Positions 18,092 to 31,419 of a DNA stretch of 49,853 nt are shown piece by piece. The stretch is from Eledone cirrhosa (Eukaryota). The notes under the pieces are model-generated. The model had not been told where the DNA came from. It saw only the letters and a program-made list of their open reading frames with translations, and ran no database searches. Where the stretch lies: the NCBI GenBank assembly GCA_964016885.1, contig CAXHJY010001081.1, forward strand, positions 1-49,853, in the 5' to 3' direction. Position 1 is the first letter of the stretch. Each line of letters starts with the position of its first letter. Both the position numbers and the translations under genes were made by a program.

Positions 18092-19806
18092 ATCATCATC
18101 ATCATCGTTTAACGTCCATGTTCCACGCTTGCATGGGTTTGGACGGGAGTTTTCCCACTTGAGGCAAGAGTGGTTGTCTTGCTCGCATAGGACTGTCTGG
18201 CGGGTTTTCTACAGCTGGATGCCCTTCCTAACACCAACCACATTTACAGTGTGGGGCTGGGAGGTTTTTACCATGTTGCCTACACGGCCACATTTCAGCG
18301 TGGACTGTCTGGCGGGTTTTCTACAGCTGGATGCCCTTCCTAACACCAACCACATTTACAGTGTGAGACTGGGAGCTTTTTACCGTGTTGCCTACACGGC
18401 CACATTACAGCGTGGACTGTGTGTTTTTTGTCGTGACACCTACACGATCTCATTTGTTTCGGCCTGGATGTTGTGGCACCAACATAACTTTACATTGAAA
18501 GGGGCTGTGTGGATGGGGTGGGGGTGTATTTTCTTAGAGATGCCTACTGACTGTAGTAGGTTTTACTTTGTATTTAGGTAAGGCGGGTCTTCTCTATTGC
18601 TGAGTACCGCCAAAGGTCTCGCTCCAGTGACATTGTCTTGGAGAGGTGTAAGTGTGTGAGGTCGGAATTTATCAGCTCGTCCCAGGTTTTTCTGGGTCTG
18701 CCTACTCCGTGGCTACCATCTATCTTTATTGCCCTGCACTTTGTTATACAGCTGTCGTCTTTCATGCGCATCACGTGACCATACCAACGTAGCCTTCTCT
18801 TGAGTAAACAACATCTGATCCCTCTTATTTCTAATCTTTTCCTTAGTTCGTTTATGCTTTGCCGTTCACGTATATTACTATTACACATCCAGCGGAGCAT
18901 GCAAGCTTCGTTCCTCTCTAGTCTGCGTATATCCTCTGCACACAATGCCCAGGTCTCACTGCCATGCAACATTGCTGTTCGTATGCAGGCATCATACAAC
19001 CTGCCTTTCATTTTTAGGGAGAACCCTTTAGCGGCTAATAGTGGTATAAGCTCTCTGAACTTTTTCCATCCAGTTCTGACTCTAGCTACTGTACTTTTAG
19101 AGCACCCTCCCCCACTGCTGATTTTATCACCCAGGTAACGGAAGCTGTCCACTATTTCTATAGAACCCTCTGCGCAATTGAAAGAGCTAGTATTTTGTGG
19201 GCACTTGCTGCTACTTATTGCACCAGAGCACCGGCCACATGTAAAATCTGTGTTCTTAGTTAGCTTACCTGTGATCCCACTACATCTTTTATGCACCCAT
19301 ACTTTGCATTTGGGACATAAAATGGAGTTTCTACCTACACCTTTCCTACACACTGAGCATGGCCATTTACCGGAAGGGACCGGCGCCTTATTTTCTTTCC
19401 TACAAACTAGAACTTTAGTCTTAGCCAGGTTAATTTTAAGGCCTTTTGATTCTAGGCCGTGCTTCCATGTTTGGAATTTCTTCTCTAGCTCGGCCATTGA
19501 TTCAGCTATGAGCGTTAGATCATCTGCGTATAGGAGCTCCCATGGGCAGCCGGTCTTGAACTCCTCTGTTATAGCCTGAAGGGCAATAATAAATAGTAGG
19601 GAGCTAAGAACAGAGCCCTGATGGACACCAACTTTTACACTAAACTCTTCACTATATTCGTTGTTAATTCTAACCTTGCTGACTGTTTCTTTATACATGG
19701 CTTGTATAGCTCTCACAAGCCAATCGTCAACACCTAGTTTTCTAAGAGCCCACCAGATAATGGAACGGGGGACTCTGTCGAAGGCTTTCTCCAAGTCGAC
19801 AAAAGC
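18092..19806 (-). mobile_element. 5'-truncated RTE LINE, family B
   Basis: (GAT)n tail at 18092-18106, ~480-bp 3'UTR, and RT from [12 protein letters not shown] onward joined to a TA repeat. Confidence 0.93.
18574..19794 (-). CDS. Partial RTE RT + PHD-like finger + C-terminal domain (family B)
   Basis: QGSVLS, YADD, CSVC...CPKC...WVHKRC...[23 protein letters not shown]. No native start. Confidence 0.88.
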   Translation of the reverse strand: MEKAFDRVPRSIIWWALRKLGVDDWLVRAIQAMYKETVSKVRINNEYSEEFSVKVGVHQGSVLSSLLFIIALQAITEEFKTGCPWELLYADDLTLIAESMAELEKKFQTWKHGLESKGLKINLAKTKVLVCRKENKAPVPSGKWPCSVCRKGVGRNSILCPKCKVWVHKRCSGITGKLTKNTDFTCGRCSGAISSSKCPQNTSSFNCAEGSIEIVDSFRYLGDKISSGGGCSKSTVARVRTGWKKFRELIPLLAAKGFSLKMKGRLYDACIRTAMLHGSETWALCAEDIRRLERNEACMLRWMCNSNIRERQSINELRKRLEIRGIRCCLLKRRLRWYGHVMRMKDDSCITKCRAIKIDGSHGVGRPRKTWDELINSDLTHLHLSKTMSLERDLWRYSAIEKTRLT

Positions 19807-19868
19807 TATATATATATATATATATATATATACGTAATTGTATGTGTGTGTGCATTTCTGTGGTTGTG

Positions 19869-19942
<74 letters not shown>

Positions 19943-20372
19943 TGTATATATATGTGTGTATATATATATGTGTATATGTATATATGTATAAGGGTGTATG
20001 TATATGCATCATTACATATAGTGATTTAATGATTATTTTCATTGATCTTTTGCTCCAGGAACTTGTTGAGTGCTCTAAATCTGCTATAAGCATTTATTAT
20101 GTTTATTTTTTTTGTCGTATTCCCAACTTTTTAGTTTCATTTTTATTTTTATTTTTTTTATATATACAATATTTTTTTATATTTTTTTTATATTACAATA
20201 TTTATTTTTTATATATATATATAAATTTTATGTTCTTTCTCATATATATATATATATTTAGTTATATATGTATATGTGTGTGTGTGTATGGATCTATGCA
20301 TGTGTATGTATATATGTGTGTGTAGGTATATATGTGTATGTGAGTATGTATGTATGTGTACATGTGTATGTG

Positions 20373-20405
<33 letters not shown>

Positions 20406-20785
20406 ATAATTGTGTATGCGTATGTATGTGTTTATGAATTTGTTTATGTATATTTATGTGTGAGAATGTGTGTATGTATTTATTTTTACGTATGTATGTG
20501 TACGTGCATTTGTGTGTATTGCTTACCACGTGTGTTTGTTCATTTATTTGTTGCCTGTATCGCTGTCAACATTATAATAGTCTTTATATGCATTTTTATT
20601 TTTTTTATTATTAGATATTTTTTCTTATATTTATTTGTGTGTGTGAGTATGTAGAAGTGTGTGTATATATTTTTATTTTTGTGCATGCGTATGTATGCGT
20701 GTATATGTGTATGTATGTACGTGTGTATATACGTAGGATTGTGTGTATGTATGTATGTATGTGTATGTATATGTGTATGTATGTG

Positions 20786-20825
<40 letters not shown>

Positions 20826-20952
20826 GTTGTATATATGTATGTGTATGTATGGATATGTTGATATTTATGTGTGTATGTATGTATGTGTATATGTATGTAT
20901 ATATATATACACATATATGTGTGTGTGTGTGTGTATATATGTGTGTGTGTGT
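19807..20952. repeat. Mixed (TA)n/(TG)n/(TATG)n low-complexity region, with pure (TG)n at ~19874-19932
   Basis: Direct reading. Confidence 0.9.
20053..20132 (+). mobile_element. Diverged remnant of the PLE 3' terminus seen at ~13680-13745
   Basis: ctccaggaacttgttgagtgctctaaatctgctataa...cccaac aligns with ctccaaaacttgttgagtgctttatatcagttataa...cccaac. Confidence 0.55.
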
Positions 20953-21262
20953 ATCATCATCATCGTCATCATCACCGTTTTACGTCCGTTCTTCTACGCT
21001 AGCATGGGTTAGACGGGTTGTCCTGTTGTGGGCAGTGTCTGGTCGGCTGACCATGCCTTGCTCATACAGGAACTGATTTGGCTTGATTTCTACAGCTGGA
21101 TGCCCTTCCGAACACCAACCTCATTTACAGTGAGTGCTGGGTGCTTTTTCATGGTGCCTACACGTCCACTTTACAGTGTGGGCTGGGTGCTTTTTTGCCG
21201 TGGCACCTCCACGACCACCTTGCGGTGGGGGGTGTGGGGGCATATTGTGTATATGCTTCAGC
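20953..21262 (-). mobile_element. RTE family C, 3'UTR-only fragment
   Basis: Matches ~26562-26875; (GAT)n tail. Confidence 0.9.
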
Positions 21263-21429
21263 TTGTAACCATGTATGTATGTGGGAGTGTATGTATGTGT
21301 ATGTATATATATATATATATGTGTGTATGTATATAATTGTGTGTGTGTGTTTGTGTTTGCATGTGTGTTTTTATTTTATCTTTCCTTTCCTTCTTCCTTT
21401 TCCAGCCTCACTTTCATATAGATTGCATT

Positions 21430-21642
21430 TTTGTTTTTAAAATCCTACGTCAATAAATAAACCAGGATTTTTACATTCTGATGATTGAAAGCAAAATTTG
21501 TTTGCTTTAAAGAAACCACTGGTAAATGAAATAATTGCCTTACGTTGTTTATTACATAACTATTAAGCTCTCTTTCCAAACAATTGTTTCATTATAAGTT
21601 TTCTACAAATTAGGAGAATGTTTCCAGTTTATGTAGAAGCCT
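21430..21642 (+). mobile_element. Probable pLTR 3' end of another PLE family
   Basis: Hammerhead motif ~110 nt before a TA-array junction. The last ~75 bp recur inverted at ~23099-23170 and ~24087-24157. Confidence 0.55.
21469..21531 (+). ncRNA. Type I hammerhead ribozyme motif
   Basis: catt-CTGATGA-ttgaaagcaaa-atttg-tttgctttaaa-GAAA-ccactg-GTA-aatg: 10/11-bp stem II, near-palindromic stem III, GUA triplet, catt/aatg stem I. Confidence 0.75.
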
Positions 21643-21739
21643 ATATATATATATATATAAATAAATATATATATATATCTAAATATATATATATAAATAA
21701 ATATATATATATATATAAATAAATATATATATATAAATA

Positions 21740-21801
<62 letters not shown>

Positions 21802-21836
21802 AATAAATATATATATATAAATAAATATATATATAT

Positions 21837-22213
21837 GGAGGCACATGGCTTAGTGGTTAGAGCATTGGCCTTGCAATCGAAAGATTGTGTAGTGGTTAGA
21901 GCATTGGCCTTGCAATCGAAAGATTGTGAGTTCAATTCTCAGACTGGGTGATGTGTTGTTTCCTTGAGCAAGACACTTTATTTCACATTGCTCCAGTTAT
22001 CTCAGCTGTAGAAATGAGATGATAGGACTGGGGCCCCTATCATCCAACTGCAAAGTGGTCGTGGAGGTGCTACGGAAAAAAAGCACCCAGCACTCACTGT
22101 AAATGAGGTTGGTGTTAGGAAGGGCATCCAGCTGTAGAAATGAAGCCAGAATCAGTTACCGTCCCACCCTTGCAAGCAGGGAAAAGTGGACGTAAAATGA
22201 TGATGATGATGAT
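21837..22213 (+). mobile_element. tRNA-derived SINE with RTE-derived body and tail
   Basis: A-box TGGCTTAGTGG (21846), B-box-like GAGTTCAATTC (21928), central ccttgagcaagacact motif, 3' end nearly identical to the family A terminus, (ATG)n tail. Confidence 0.88.
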
Positions 22214-22327
22214 ATATATAAATAAATATATATATATATAAATATATATAAATATATATATATAAATATATATATAAATAAATATAAATATATATATATA
22301 TAAATATATATATAAATAAATATAAAT

Positions 22328-22362
<35 letters not shown>

Positions 22363-22367
22363 AATAT

Positions 22368-22420
<53 letters not shown>

Positions 22421-22421
22421 A

Positions 22422-22452
<31 letters not shown>

Positions 22453-22453
22453 A

Positions 22454-22494
<41 letters not shown>

Positions 22495-22813
22495 TAAATA
22501 TATATATATTTATACATATATATATATATATAAATATATATATATGTATAAATATATATATATGAATAAATATATATATATGTATAAATAAATATATATA
22601 TATGTATAAATAAAATGTATAAATATATATTTATTTATACATATATATTTATTTATACATATATATATATTTATTTATACATATATATATATTTATTCAT
22701 ACATATATATATATTTATTCATATATATATATTTATTTATACATATATATTTATTTATACATATATATATATTTATTCATATATATATATTTATTCATAC
22801 ATATATATATATT

Positions 22814-22849
<36 letters not shown>

Positions 22850-22936
22850 AATATATATATATGTATAAATAAATATATATATATGAATAAATATATATAT
22901 ATGTATAAATAAATATATATATATGTATAAATAAAT

Positions 22937-22985
<49 letters not shown>

Positions 22986-22994
22986 AATAAATAA
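22214..22994. repeat. (TA)n array with AA/TT and occasional CA/TG interruptions
   Basis: Direct reading. Confidence 0.95.
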
Positions 22995-24224
22995 AGCGGT
23001 AAGAAATTATTTTCTTATATCAAATTATTTTCTTATAACGGGCTTCCACTGATGATTTATAAGTGCCCACCTAAATATATTCTTACATTAATATATATTA
23101 GGCTTCTACATAAACTGGAAACCTTCTCCCAACTTGTAGAAAACTTATAATGAAACAATTGTTTGGAAAGAAAGATGTACTTTAACTTTAATTATATCTC
23201 ATAAAATAATACAACTGGTTTTTCCACATTATACATATTGTTAGCACCCCAAACACTTAAATTGGGTTTATATTTAAATATAACCTAATGTTTGTTGAGT
23301 GAGATGGTTACCAGTCAGAGTTTAGCTTTAAACTATCTCTGTTATTGTCGTAAATATTTACTCTTGATTGGCCAGAGGTGTTTATTTCCAGGTACCTTAT
23401 GAATTTGACTTTCCGTATTTATTGCTGTTGTGAAATATTGTGGCTTTTTTTGGTTGTAACTTCTCTGTTTTTTTAGCCTAAGAAAATATATATATATGCC
23501 TACCTATATAATTACATGCATATATTTATTTTCTTTTATTAATTGAGTTCTTTACACAAGGAATTAATATTGGTTTTGAAATAACTAATTAACCCGCGTG
23601 TGTTTTATATTTTACTCTTAATTCGGCCGGAGAATTATATTCCCATTTGCCCTTTATAGCATAACTTTCTGCATTTACTGCGGTTATGAGAAGCGGTTCT
23701 TATTCGGGTACAACTTCTGATTTAGCCTAAGAAAATATCTATATGCGTGTGTAATTTATACAAGCATATATTTATTTTTTTATTTTCAATTGAGTTCTTA
23801 AACACGTTGGATTGATAATGTTTTCAAAAAAACTAATTAACCCGCGTGTATATTATTATTTTTTTCCTCATTTTGTGGATCATGGGTTGTCTCCCCTTCC
23901 CGCTTCGTGTCGCTATGATACTTCCTCAGTCAAAAACTGCTGTAATTTCAAATTTGGCGGTCATTCGAGGCGAGAGGGAGCAACTTTACGGACACAATTT
24001 TTGACAGCGGTAAGAAATTATTTTCTTATATCAAAGTTTAACGGGCTTCCACTGATGATTTATAAGTGCCCACCTAAATATATATTAGGCTTCTACATAA
24101 ACTGGAAACATTCTCCCAACTTGTAGAAAACTTATAATGAAACAATTGTTTGGAACGAGAAATATACTTTAACTTTAATTATATCTCATAAAATAATACA
24201 ACTGGTTTTTCCACATTATACATT
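22995..24224. repeat. Unclassified ~1.2-kb segment with ~220-240-bp direct repeats (22995-23236, 24007-24224) and an internal ~130-bp repeat (23473-23600, 23721-23850)
   Basis: gcggtaagaaattattttc...ccacattatacat occurs twice; tttagcctaagaaaatat...aattaacccgcgtgt occurs twice. Confidence 0.8.
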
Positions 24225-24920
24225 TTGATTCCTCTTATGCTCAGTCTCTCTCTCAATTCCTTTATGCTTTGTCGTTCACGTATATTACTGTTACACATCC
24301 ATCGGAGCATGCAGGCTTTGTTTCTCTCTAATCTACGTAAGTCTTCCACCTTCAGCGCCCAGGTCTCACTACCATGCAACATCGCTGTTCGGATACACGC
24401 ATCATACAGTCTGCCTTTCATTCTGAGGGAGAAGCCTTTTGCAGCTAGCAGTGGTAGTAGTTCCCTAAACTTCTTCCATCCCGTTCTTACCCTAGTTATT
24501 GTACTTTCTGAGCACCCACCTCCGTTGCTAATTTGGTCACCTAGGTAGCAGAAGCTGTCTACTGTTTCTACAGGGCCCTCCCAGAGATTGGTGGTACTTG
24601 TTTCCTGTGGCTGTTTGCTTGCTGTTTCAGCACAGCTGCTGCATGTGAATCCTACATTCTTAATTAAGCTTCCTGAGATCCCGCTACATCTCTTGTGTAC
24701 CCATTGTTTGCATTTGGGGCAGAGAATGGAGTTCCTACCTACACCTTTCCTACATACTGAGCAAGGCCATTTCCCTGAGGGGATCTGGGTTCTGTTTTCT
24801 CGTCTACTTATAAGGACCTTAGTCTTTGTCATGTTGACTTTGAGGCCCTTTCTCTCTAGTCCCTGCTTCCAGGTTTGGAATTTATTCTCTAGTTCTACCA
24901 TAGATTCAGCTATGAGTGCT
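24222..24920 (-). mobile_element. RTE family C internal fragment lacking both ends
   Basis: Near-identical to 27121-27820, with the same 5' junction; 3' part absent. Confidence 0.92.
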
Positions 24921-25015
24921 ATATTTCAGCTATATTTATATATATATATATAAATATATATATATATAAATATAAATATATACATATATATATATAAATA
25001 TATATATATATAATT

Positions 25016-25058
<43 letters not shown>

Positions 25059-25077
25059 TATATATATATAAATATAA

Positions 25078-25110
<33 letters not shown>

Positions 25111-25173
25111 AATATATATATATATAAATATAAATATATATAAATATATATATATATAAATATATATATATAC

Positions 25174-25238
<65 letters not shown>

Positions 25239-25255
25239 TATACATATATATATAT

Positions 25256-25316
<61 letters not shown>

Positions 25317-25347
25317 TAAATATAAATATATATATATATAAATATAA

Positions 25348-25390
<43 letters not shown>

Positions 25391-25401
25391 TATATATATA
25401 A

Positions 25402-25893
25402 ATATTGTTATATTTGGGGAGGGTCATATTTGCGTAATATTGCCAGAATTAATAACAGAACACACTCACTGTTTAGTTGGTTTTCGCTTCTCGCTGTCTT
25501 TTATATATATATATCTGCGATCTAACTTACTCGGTCCTCAATGTTGCCATTGACTGACCGGCGGTCAAAAATAATACAGATACAATATGTTGCAGATGTG
25601 CAACGAAAGATTTATGTAAATTATGTAAACTATATATATGTGTTTGTGTCTATATTGTATCTGTATTATTTTTGACCGCCGGTCAGTCAATGGCAACATT
25701 GAGGACCGAGTAAGTTAGATCGCAGATATATATATATAAAAGACAGCGAGAAGCGAAAACCAACCAAACAGTGAGTGTGTTCTGTTATTAATTCTGGCAA
25801 TATTACGCAAATATGACCCTCCCCAAATATAACAATATCTGTTTCGACAGACGATTTCATATAAAAAACCTCGCAAAACTAATTCATCGCCGC
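25402..25893. mobile_element. Fold-back/MITE-like element with 187-bp inverted arms
   Basis: 25402-25588 vs 25652-25838 are inverted with one mismatch seen; 63-bp spacer; 55 unpaired bp on the right. Confidence 0.75.
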
Positions 25894-25901
25894 TATATAT
25901 A

Positions 25902-25935
<34 letters not shown>

Positions 25936-26100
25936 AATATATATATATATAAATATAAATATATATAAATATAAATATATATATATATAAATATATATAT
26001 ATATAAATATATATATATATAAATATATATATATAAATATAAATATATATATATATAAATATATATATATAAATATAAATATATATATATATAAATATAT

Positions 26101-26133
<33 letters not shown>

Positions 26134-26138
26134 TAAAT

Positions 26139-26207
<69 letters not shown>

Positions 26208-26221
26208 AATATATATATATA

Positions 26222-26369
<148 letters not shown>

Positions 26370-26446
26370 TATATATAAATATATATATAAATATATATAT
26401 AAATATATAAATATATATATATATATATAAATATATATATATATAA

Positions 26447-26557
<111 letters not shown>

Positions 26558-26561
26558 TATA

Positions 26562-27820
26562 TCATCATCATCATCATCATCACCGTTTTACGTCCGTTCT
26601 TCCACGCTAGCATGGGTTAGACGGGTTGTCCTGTTGTGGGCAGTGTCTGGTCGGCTGACCATGCCTTGCTCATACAGGAACTGATCTGGCTTGATTTCTA
26701 CAGCTGGATGCCCTTCCTAACACCAACCTCATTTACAGTGAGTGCTGGGTGCTTTTTCGTGGCGCCTACACGTCCACTTTACAGTGTGGGCTGGGTGCTT
26801 TTTTGCCGTGGCACCTCCACGACCACCTTGCGGTGTGGGGGGGGGGGGGGGGGCATATTGTTTATATGCTTCAGCAAGTACCCATGGGAGGTCGGGTACC
26901 CTGTATTTCTGCGTGACGCCAGAAGTCACGGTCGTGTGTCATTGACTTTGAGAGGTGTAGTTGGGTAAGGTCGGCTTTTATCACCTCATCCCAAGTCATC
27001 TTGGGTCTCCCCACTCCGCGGTTTCCATCAACTTCTAGTGCTCTGCACCTTTTTATGCAGCTGTCATCCTTCATACGCATCACATGTCCATACCAGCGTA
27101 ACCGCCTCTCCTGCACGCAGCATTTGATTCCTCTTATGCTCAGTCTCTCTCTCAATTCCTTTATGCTTTGTCGTTCACGTATATTACTGTTACACATCCA
27201 TCGGAGCATGCAGGCTTCGTTTCTCTCTAATCTACGTAAGTCTTCCACCTTCAGCGCCCAGGTCTCACTACCATGCAACATCGCTGTTCGGATACACGCA
27301 TCATACAGTCTGCCTTTCATTCTGAGGGAGAAGCCTTTTGCAGCTAGCAGTGGTAGTAGTTCCCTAAACTTCTTCCATCCCGTTCTTACCCTAGTTATTG
27401 TACTTTCTGAGCACCCACCTCCGTTGCTAATTCGGTCACCTAGGTAGCAGAAGCTGTCTACTGTTTCTACAGGGCCCTCCCAGAGATTGGTGGTACTTGT
27501 TTCCTGTGGCTGTTTGCTTGCTGTTTCAGCACAGCTGCTGCATGTGAATCCTACATTCTTAATTAAGCTTCCTGAGATCCCGCTACATCTCTTGTGTACC
27601 CATTGTTTGCATTTGGGGCAGAGAATGGAGTTCCTACCTACACCTTTCCTACATACTGAGCAAGGCCATTTCCCTGAGGGGATCTGGGTTCTGTTTTCTC
27701 GTCTACTTATAAGGACCTTAGTCTTTGTCATGTTGACTTTGAGGCCCTTTCTCTCTAGTCCCTGCTTCCAGGTTTGGAATTTATTCTCTAGTTCTACCAT
27801 AGATTCTGCTATGAGTGCTA
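26562..27820 (-). mobile_element. 5'-truncated RTE LINE, family C (partial ORF 26871-27800)
   Basis: (GAT)n tail, ~290-bp 3'UTR, PHD-like finger and C-terminal RTE motifs. Confidence 0.93.
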
Positions 27821-28000
27821 TATTTCAGCTATATTTATATATATATATATAAATATATATATATATAAATATAAATATATACATATATATATATATAAAT
27901 ATATATATATATAATTATACATATATATATATATATATATATATAAATATATATATATATAAATATAAATATATACATATATATAAATATATATATATAC

Positions 28001-28063
<63 letters not shown>

Positions 28064-28120
28064 AATATTTATATAAATATATATATATATATATATAAAT
28101 ATAAATATATATATATATAA

Positions 28121-28151
<31 letters not shown>

Positions 28152-28166
28152 AATATATATATATAA

Positions 28167-28658
28167 ATATTGTTATATTTGGGGAGGGTCATATTTGCGT
28201 AATATTGCCAGAATTAATAACAGAACACACTCACTGTTTAGTTGGTTTTCGCTTCTCGCTGTCTTTTATATATATATATCTGCGATCTAACTTACTCGGT
28301 CCTCAATGTTGCCATTGACTGAGCGGCGGTCAAAAATAATACAGATACAATATGTTGCAGATGTGCAACGAAAGATTTATGTAAATTATGTAAACTATAT
28401 ATATGTGTTTGTGTCTATATTGTATCTGTATTATTTTTGACCGCCGGTCAGTCAATGGCAACATTGAGGACCGAGTAAGTTAGATCGCAGATATATATAT
28501 ATAAAAGACAGCGAGAAGCGAAAACCAACCAAACAGTGAGTGTGTTCTGTTATTAATTCTGGCAATATTACGCAAATATGACCCTCCCCAAATATAACAA
28601 TATCTGTTTCGACAGACGATTTCATATAAAAAACCTCGCAAAACTAATTCATCGCCGC
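28167..28658. mobile_element. Second copy of the fold-back/MITE-like element
   Basis: Essentially identical to 25402-25893, with one extra substitution near 28323. Confidence 0.75.
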
Positions 28659-28666
28659 TATATATA

Positions 28667-28700
<34 letters not shown>

Positions 28701-28714
28701 AATATATATATATA

Positions 28715-28752
<38 letters not shown>

Positions 28753-28753
28753 A

Positions 28754-28796
<43 letters not shown>

Positions 28797-28804
28797 TATA
28801 TATA

Positions 28805-30045
28805 GGACTTAAAATTAACCTGGCTAAGACCAAAGTTCTAGTTTGTAGGAAAGAAAACAAGGCGGCGGTCCCTTCTGGGAAATGGTCGTGCTCGGTGTGT
28901 AGGAAAGGCGTAGGTAGAAACTCCATTTTGTGTCCTAAATGCAAAGTATGGGTGCATAAAAGATGTAGTGGGATCACAGGTAAGCTAACTAAGAACATAG
29001 ATTTTACATGTGGCCGGTGTTCTGGTGCAATAAGTAGCAGCAAGTGCCCACACAACACTAGCTCTTTCAATTGCGCAGAGGGTTCTATAGAAATAGTGGA
29101 CAGCTTCCGTTACCTGGGCGATAAAATCAGCAGTGGGGGAGGGTGCTCTGAAAGTACTGTAGCTAGAGTCAGAACTGGTTGGAAAAAGTTCAGAGAGCTT
29201 ATACCACTATTAGCTGCTAAAGGGTTCTCCCTAAAAATGAAAGGCAGGTTGTACGATGCCTGCATACGAACAGCAATGTTGCATGGCAGTGAGACCTGGG
29301 CATTGTGTGCAGAGGATATACGCAGACTAGAGAGGAACGAAGCTTGCATGCTCCGCTGGATGTGTAACAGTAATATACGTGAACGGCAAAGGATAAACGA
29401 ACTAAGGAAAAAATTAGAGATAAGAGGGATCAGATGTTGTTTACTCGAGAGAAGGCTACGTTGGTATGGACACGTGATGCGCATGAAAGTCGATAGCTGT
29501 ATAACAAAGTGCAGGGCAATAAAGATAGACGGTAGCCACGGAATAGGCAGACCTAGAAAAACCTGGGACGAGCTGATAAACTCCGACCTCACACACTTAC
29601 ACCTCTCCAAGACAATGTCACTGGACCGAGACCTTTGGCGGTACTCAGTAACAGAGAAGACCCGCCTTGCCAGTAGGCATCTCTAACAAAATACACCCCG
29701 TCCCACCACCACCACCCCCACCCCATCCACACCACCCCGTCCTATGTAAAGTTATGTTGGTGCCGCGCCATCCGGGCCGAAACAAATGAGATCGTGTAGG
29801 TGTCACGACAAAAAAACACACAGTCCACGCTGTAATGTGGCCGTGTAGGCAACACGGTAAAAACCTCCCAGACCCACACTGTAAATGTGGTTGGTGTTAG
29901 GAAGGGCATCCAACTGTAGAAAACCTGCCAGACAGTCCTATGCGAGCAAGACAATCACTCTTGCCTCAAGTGGGACTACCCCCGTCCAAACCCATGCAAG
30001 CGTGGAACACGGACGTTAAACGTTGATGATGATGATGATGATGAT
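28805..30045 (+). mobile_element. 5'-truncated RTE LINE, family B (partial ORF ending 29686)
   Basis: Starts at [10 protein letters not shown] directly after a TA repeat; close to the 18092-19806 copy; (GAT)n tail. Confidence 0.93.
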
Positions 30046-30059
30046 AAATATATATATAT

Positions 30060-30098
<39 letters not shown>

Positions 30099-30099
30099 A

Positions 30100-30131
<32 letters not shown>

Positions 30132-30135
30132 TTAT

Positions 30136-31233
30136 GGGAAATGGCCTTGCTCAGTATGTAGGAAAGGTGTAGGTAGGAACTCCATTCTTTGCCCCAAATG
30201 CAAACAATGGGTACACAAGAGATGTAGCGGGATCTCAGGAAGCTTAATTAAGAATGTAGGATTCACATGCAGCAGCTGTGCTGAAACAGCAAGCAAACAG
30301 CCACAGGAAACAAGTACCACCAATCTCTGGGAGGGCCCTGTAGAAACAGTAGACAGCTTCTGCTACCTAGGTGACCGAATTAGCAACGGAGGTGGGTGCT
30401 CAGAAAGTACAATAACTAGGGTAAGAACGGGATGGAAGAAGTTTAGGGAACTACTACCACTGCTAGCTGCAAAAGGCTTCTCCCTCAGAATGAAAGGCAG
30501 ACTGTATGATGCGTGTATCCGAACAGCGATGTTGCATGGTAGTGAGACCTGGGCGCTGAAGGTGGAAGACTTACGTAGATTAGAGAGAAACGAAGCCTGC
30601 ATGCTCCGATGGATGTGTAACAGTAATATACGTGAACGACAAAGCATAAATGAATTGAGAGAGAGACTGAGCATAAGAGGAATCAAATGCTGCGTGCAGG
30701 AGAGGCGGTTACGCTGGTATGGACATGTGATGCGTATGAAGGATGACAGCTGCATAAAAAGGTGCAGAGCACTAGAAGTTGATGGAAACCGCGGAGTGGG
30801 GAGACCCAAGATGACTTGGGATGAGGTGATAAAAGCCGACCTTACCCAACTACACCTCTCAAAGTCAATGACACACGACCGTGACTTCTGGCGTCACGCA
30901 GTAATACAGGGTACCCGACCTCCCATGGGTACATGCTGAAGCATATAAACAATATGCCCCCCCCCCCACCGCAAGGTGGTCGTGGAGGTGCCACGGCAAA
31001 AAAGCACCCAGCCCACACTGTAAAGTGGACGTGTAGGCGCCACGAAAAAAGCACCCAGCACTCACTGTAAATGAGGTTGGTGTTAGGAAGGGCATCCAGC
31101 TGTAGAAATCAAGCCAGATCAGTTCCTGTATGAGCAAGGCATGGTCAGCCGACCAGACACTGCCCACAACAGGACAACCCGTCTAACCCATGCTAGCGTG
31201 GAAGAACGGACGTAAAACGGTGATGATGATGAT
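30136..31233 (+). mobile_element. 5'-truncated RTE LINE, family C (partial ORF ending 30939)
   Basis: Starts at GKWPCSVC; (GAT)n tail. Confidence 0.93.
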
Positions 31234-31256
31234 ATAAATATATATATATATATATA

Positions 31257-31370
<114 letters not shown>

Positions 31371-31371
31371 A

Positions 31372-31416
<45 letters not shown>

Positions 31417-31419
31417 TAT

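Noticed and set aside
21837-21945. Functional tRNA gene
   Set aside because: Has A/B boxes but carries a 39-bp duplication, no closed cloverleaf, and continues into a SINE body.
23045-23125. CTGATGA in the direct repeat (also ~24052) as another hammerhead
   Set aside because: No stem II closed by an adjacent GAAA and no matching stem I.
23895-23930. Minus-strand CTGAGGA...GAAG as a hammerhead
   Set aside because: GAAG instead of GAAA and poor stem II pairing.
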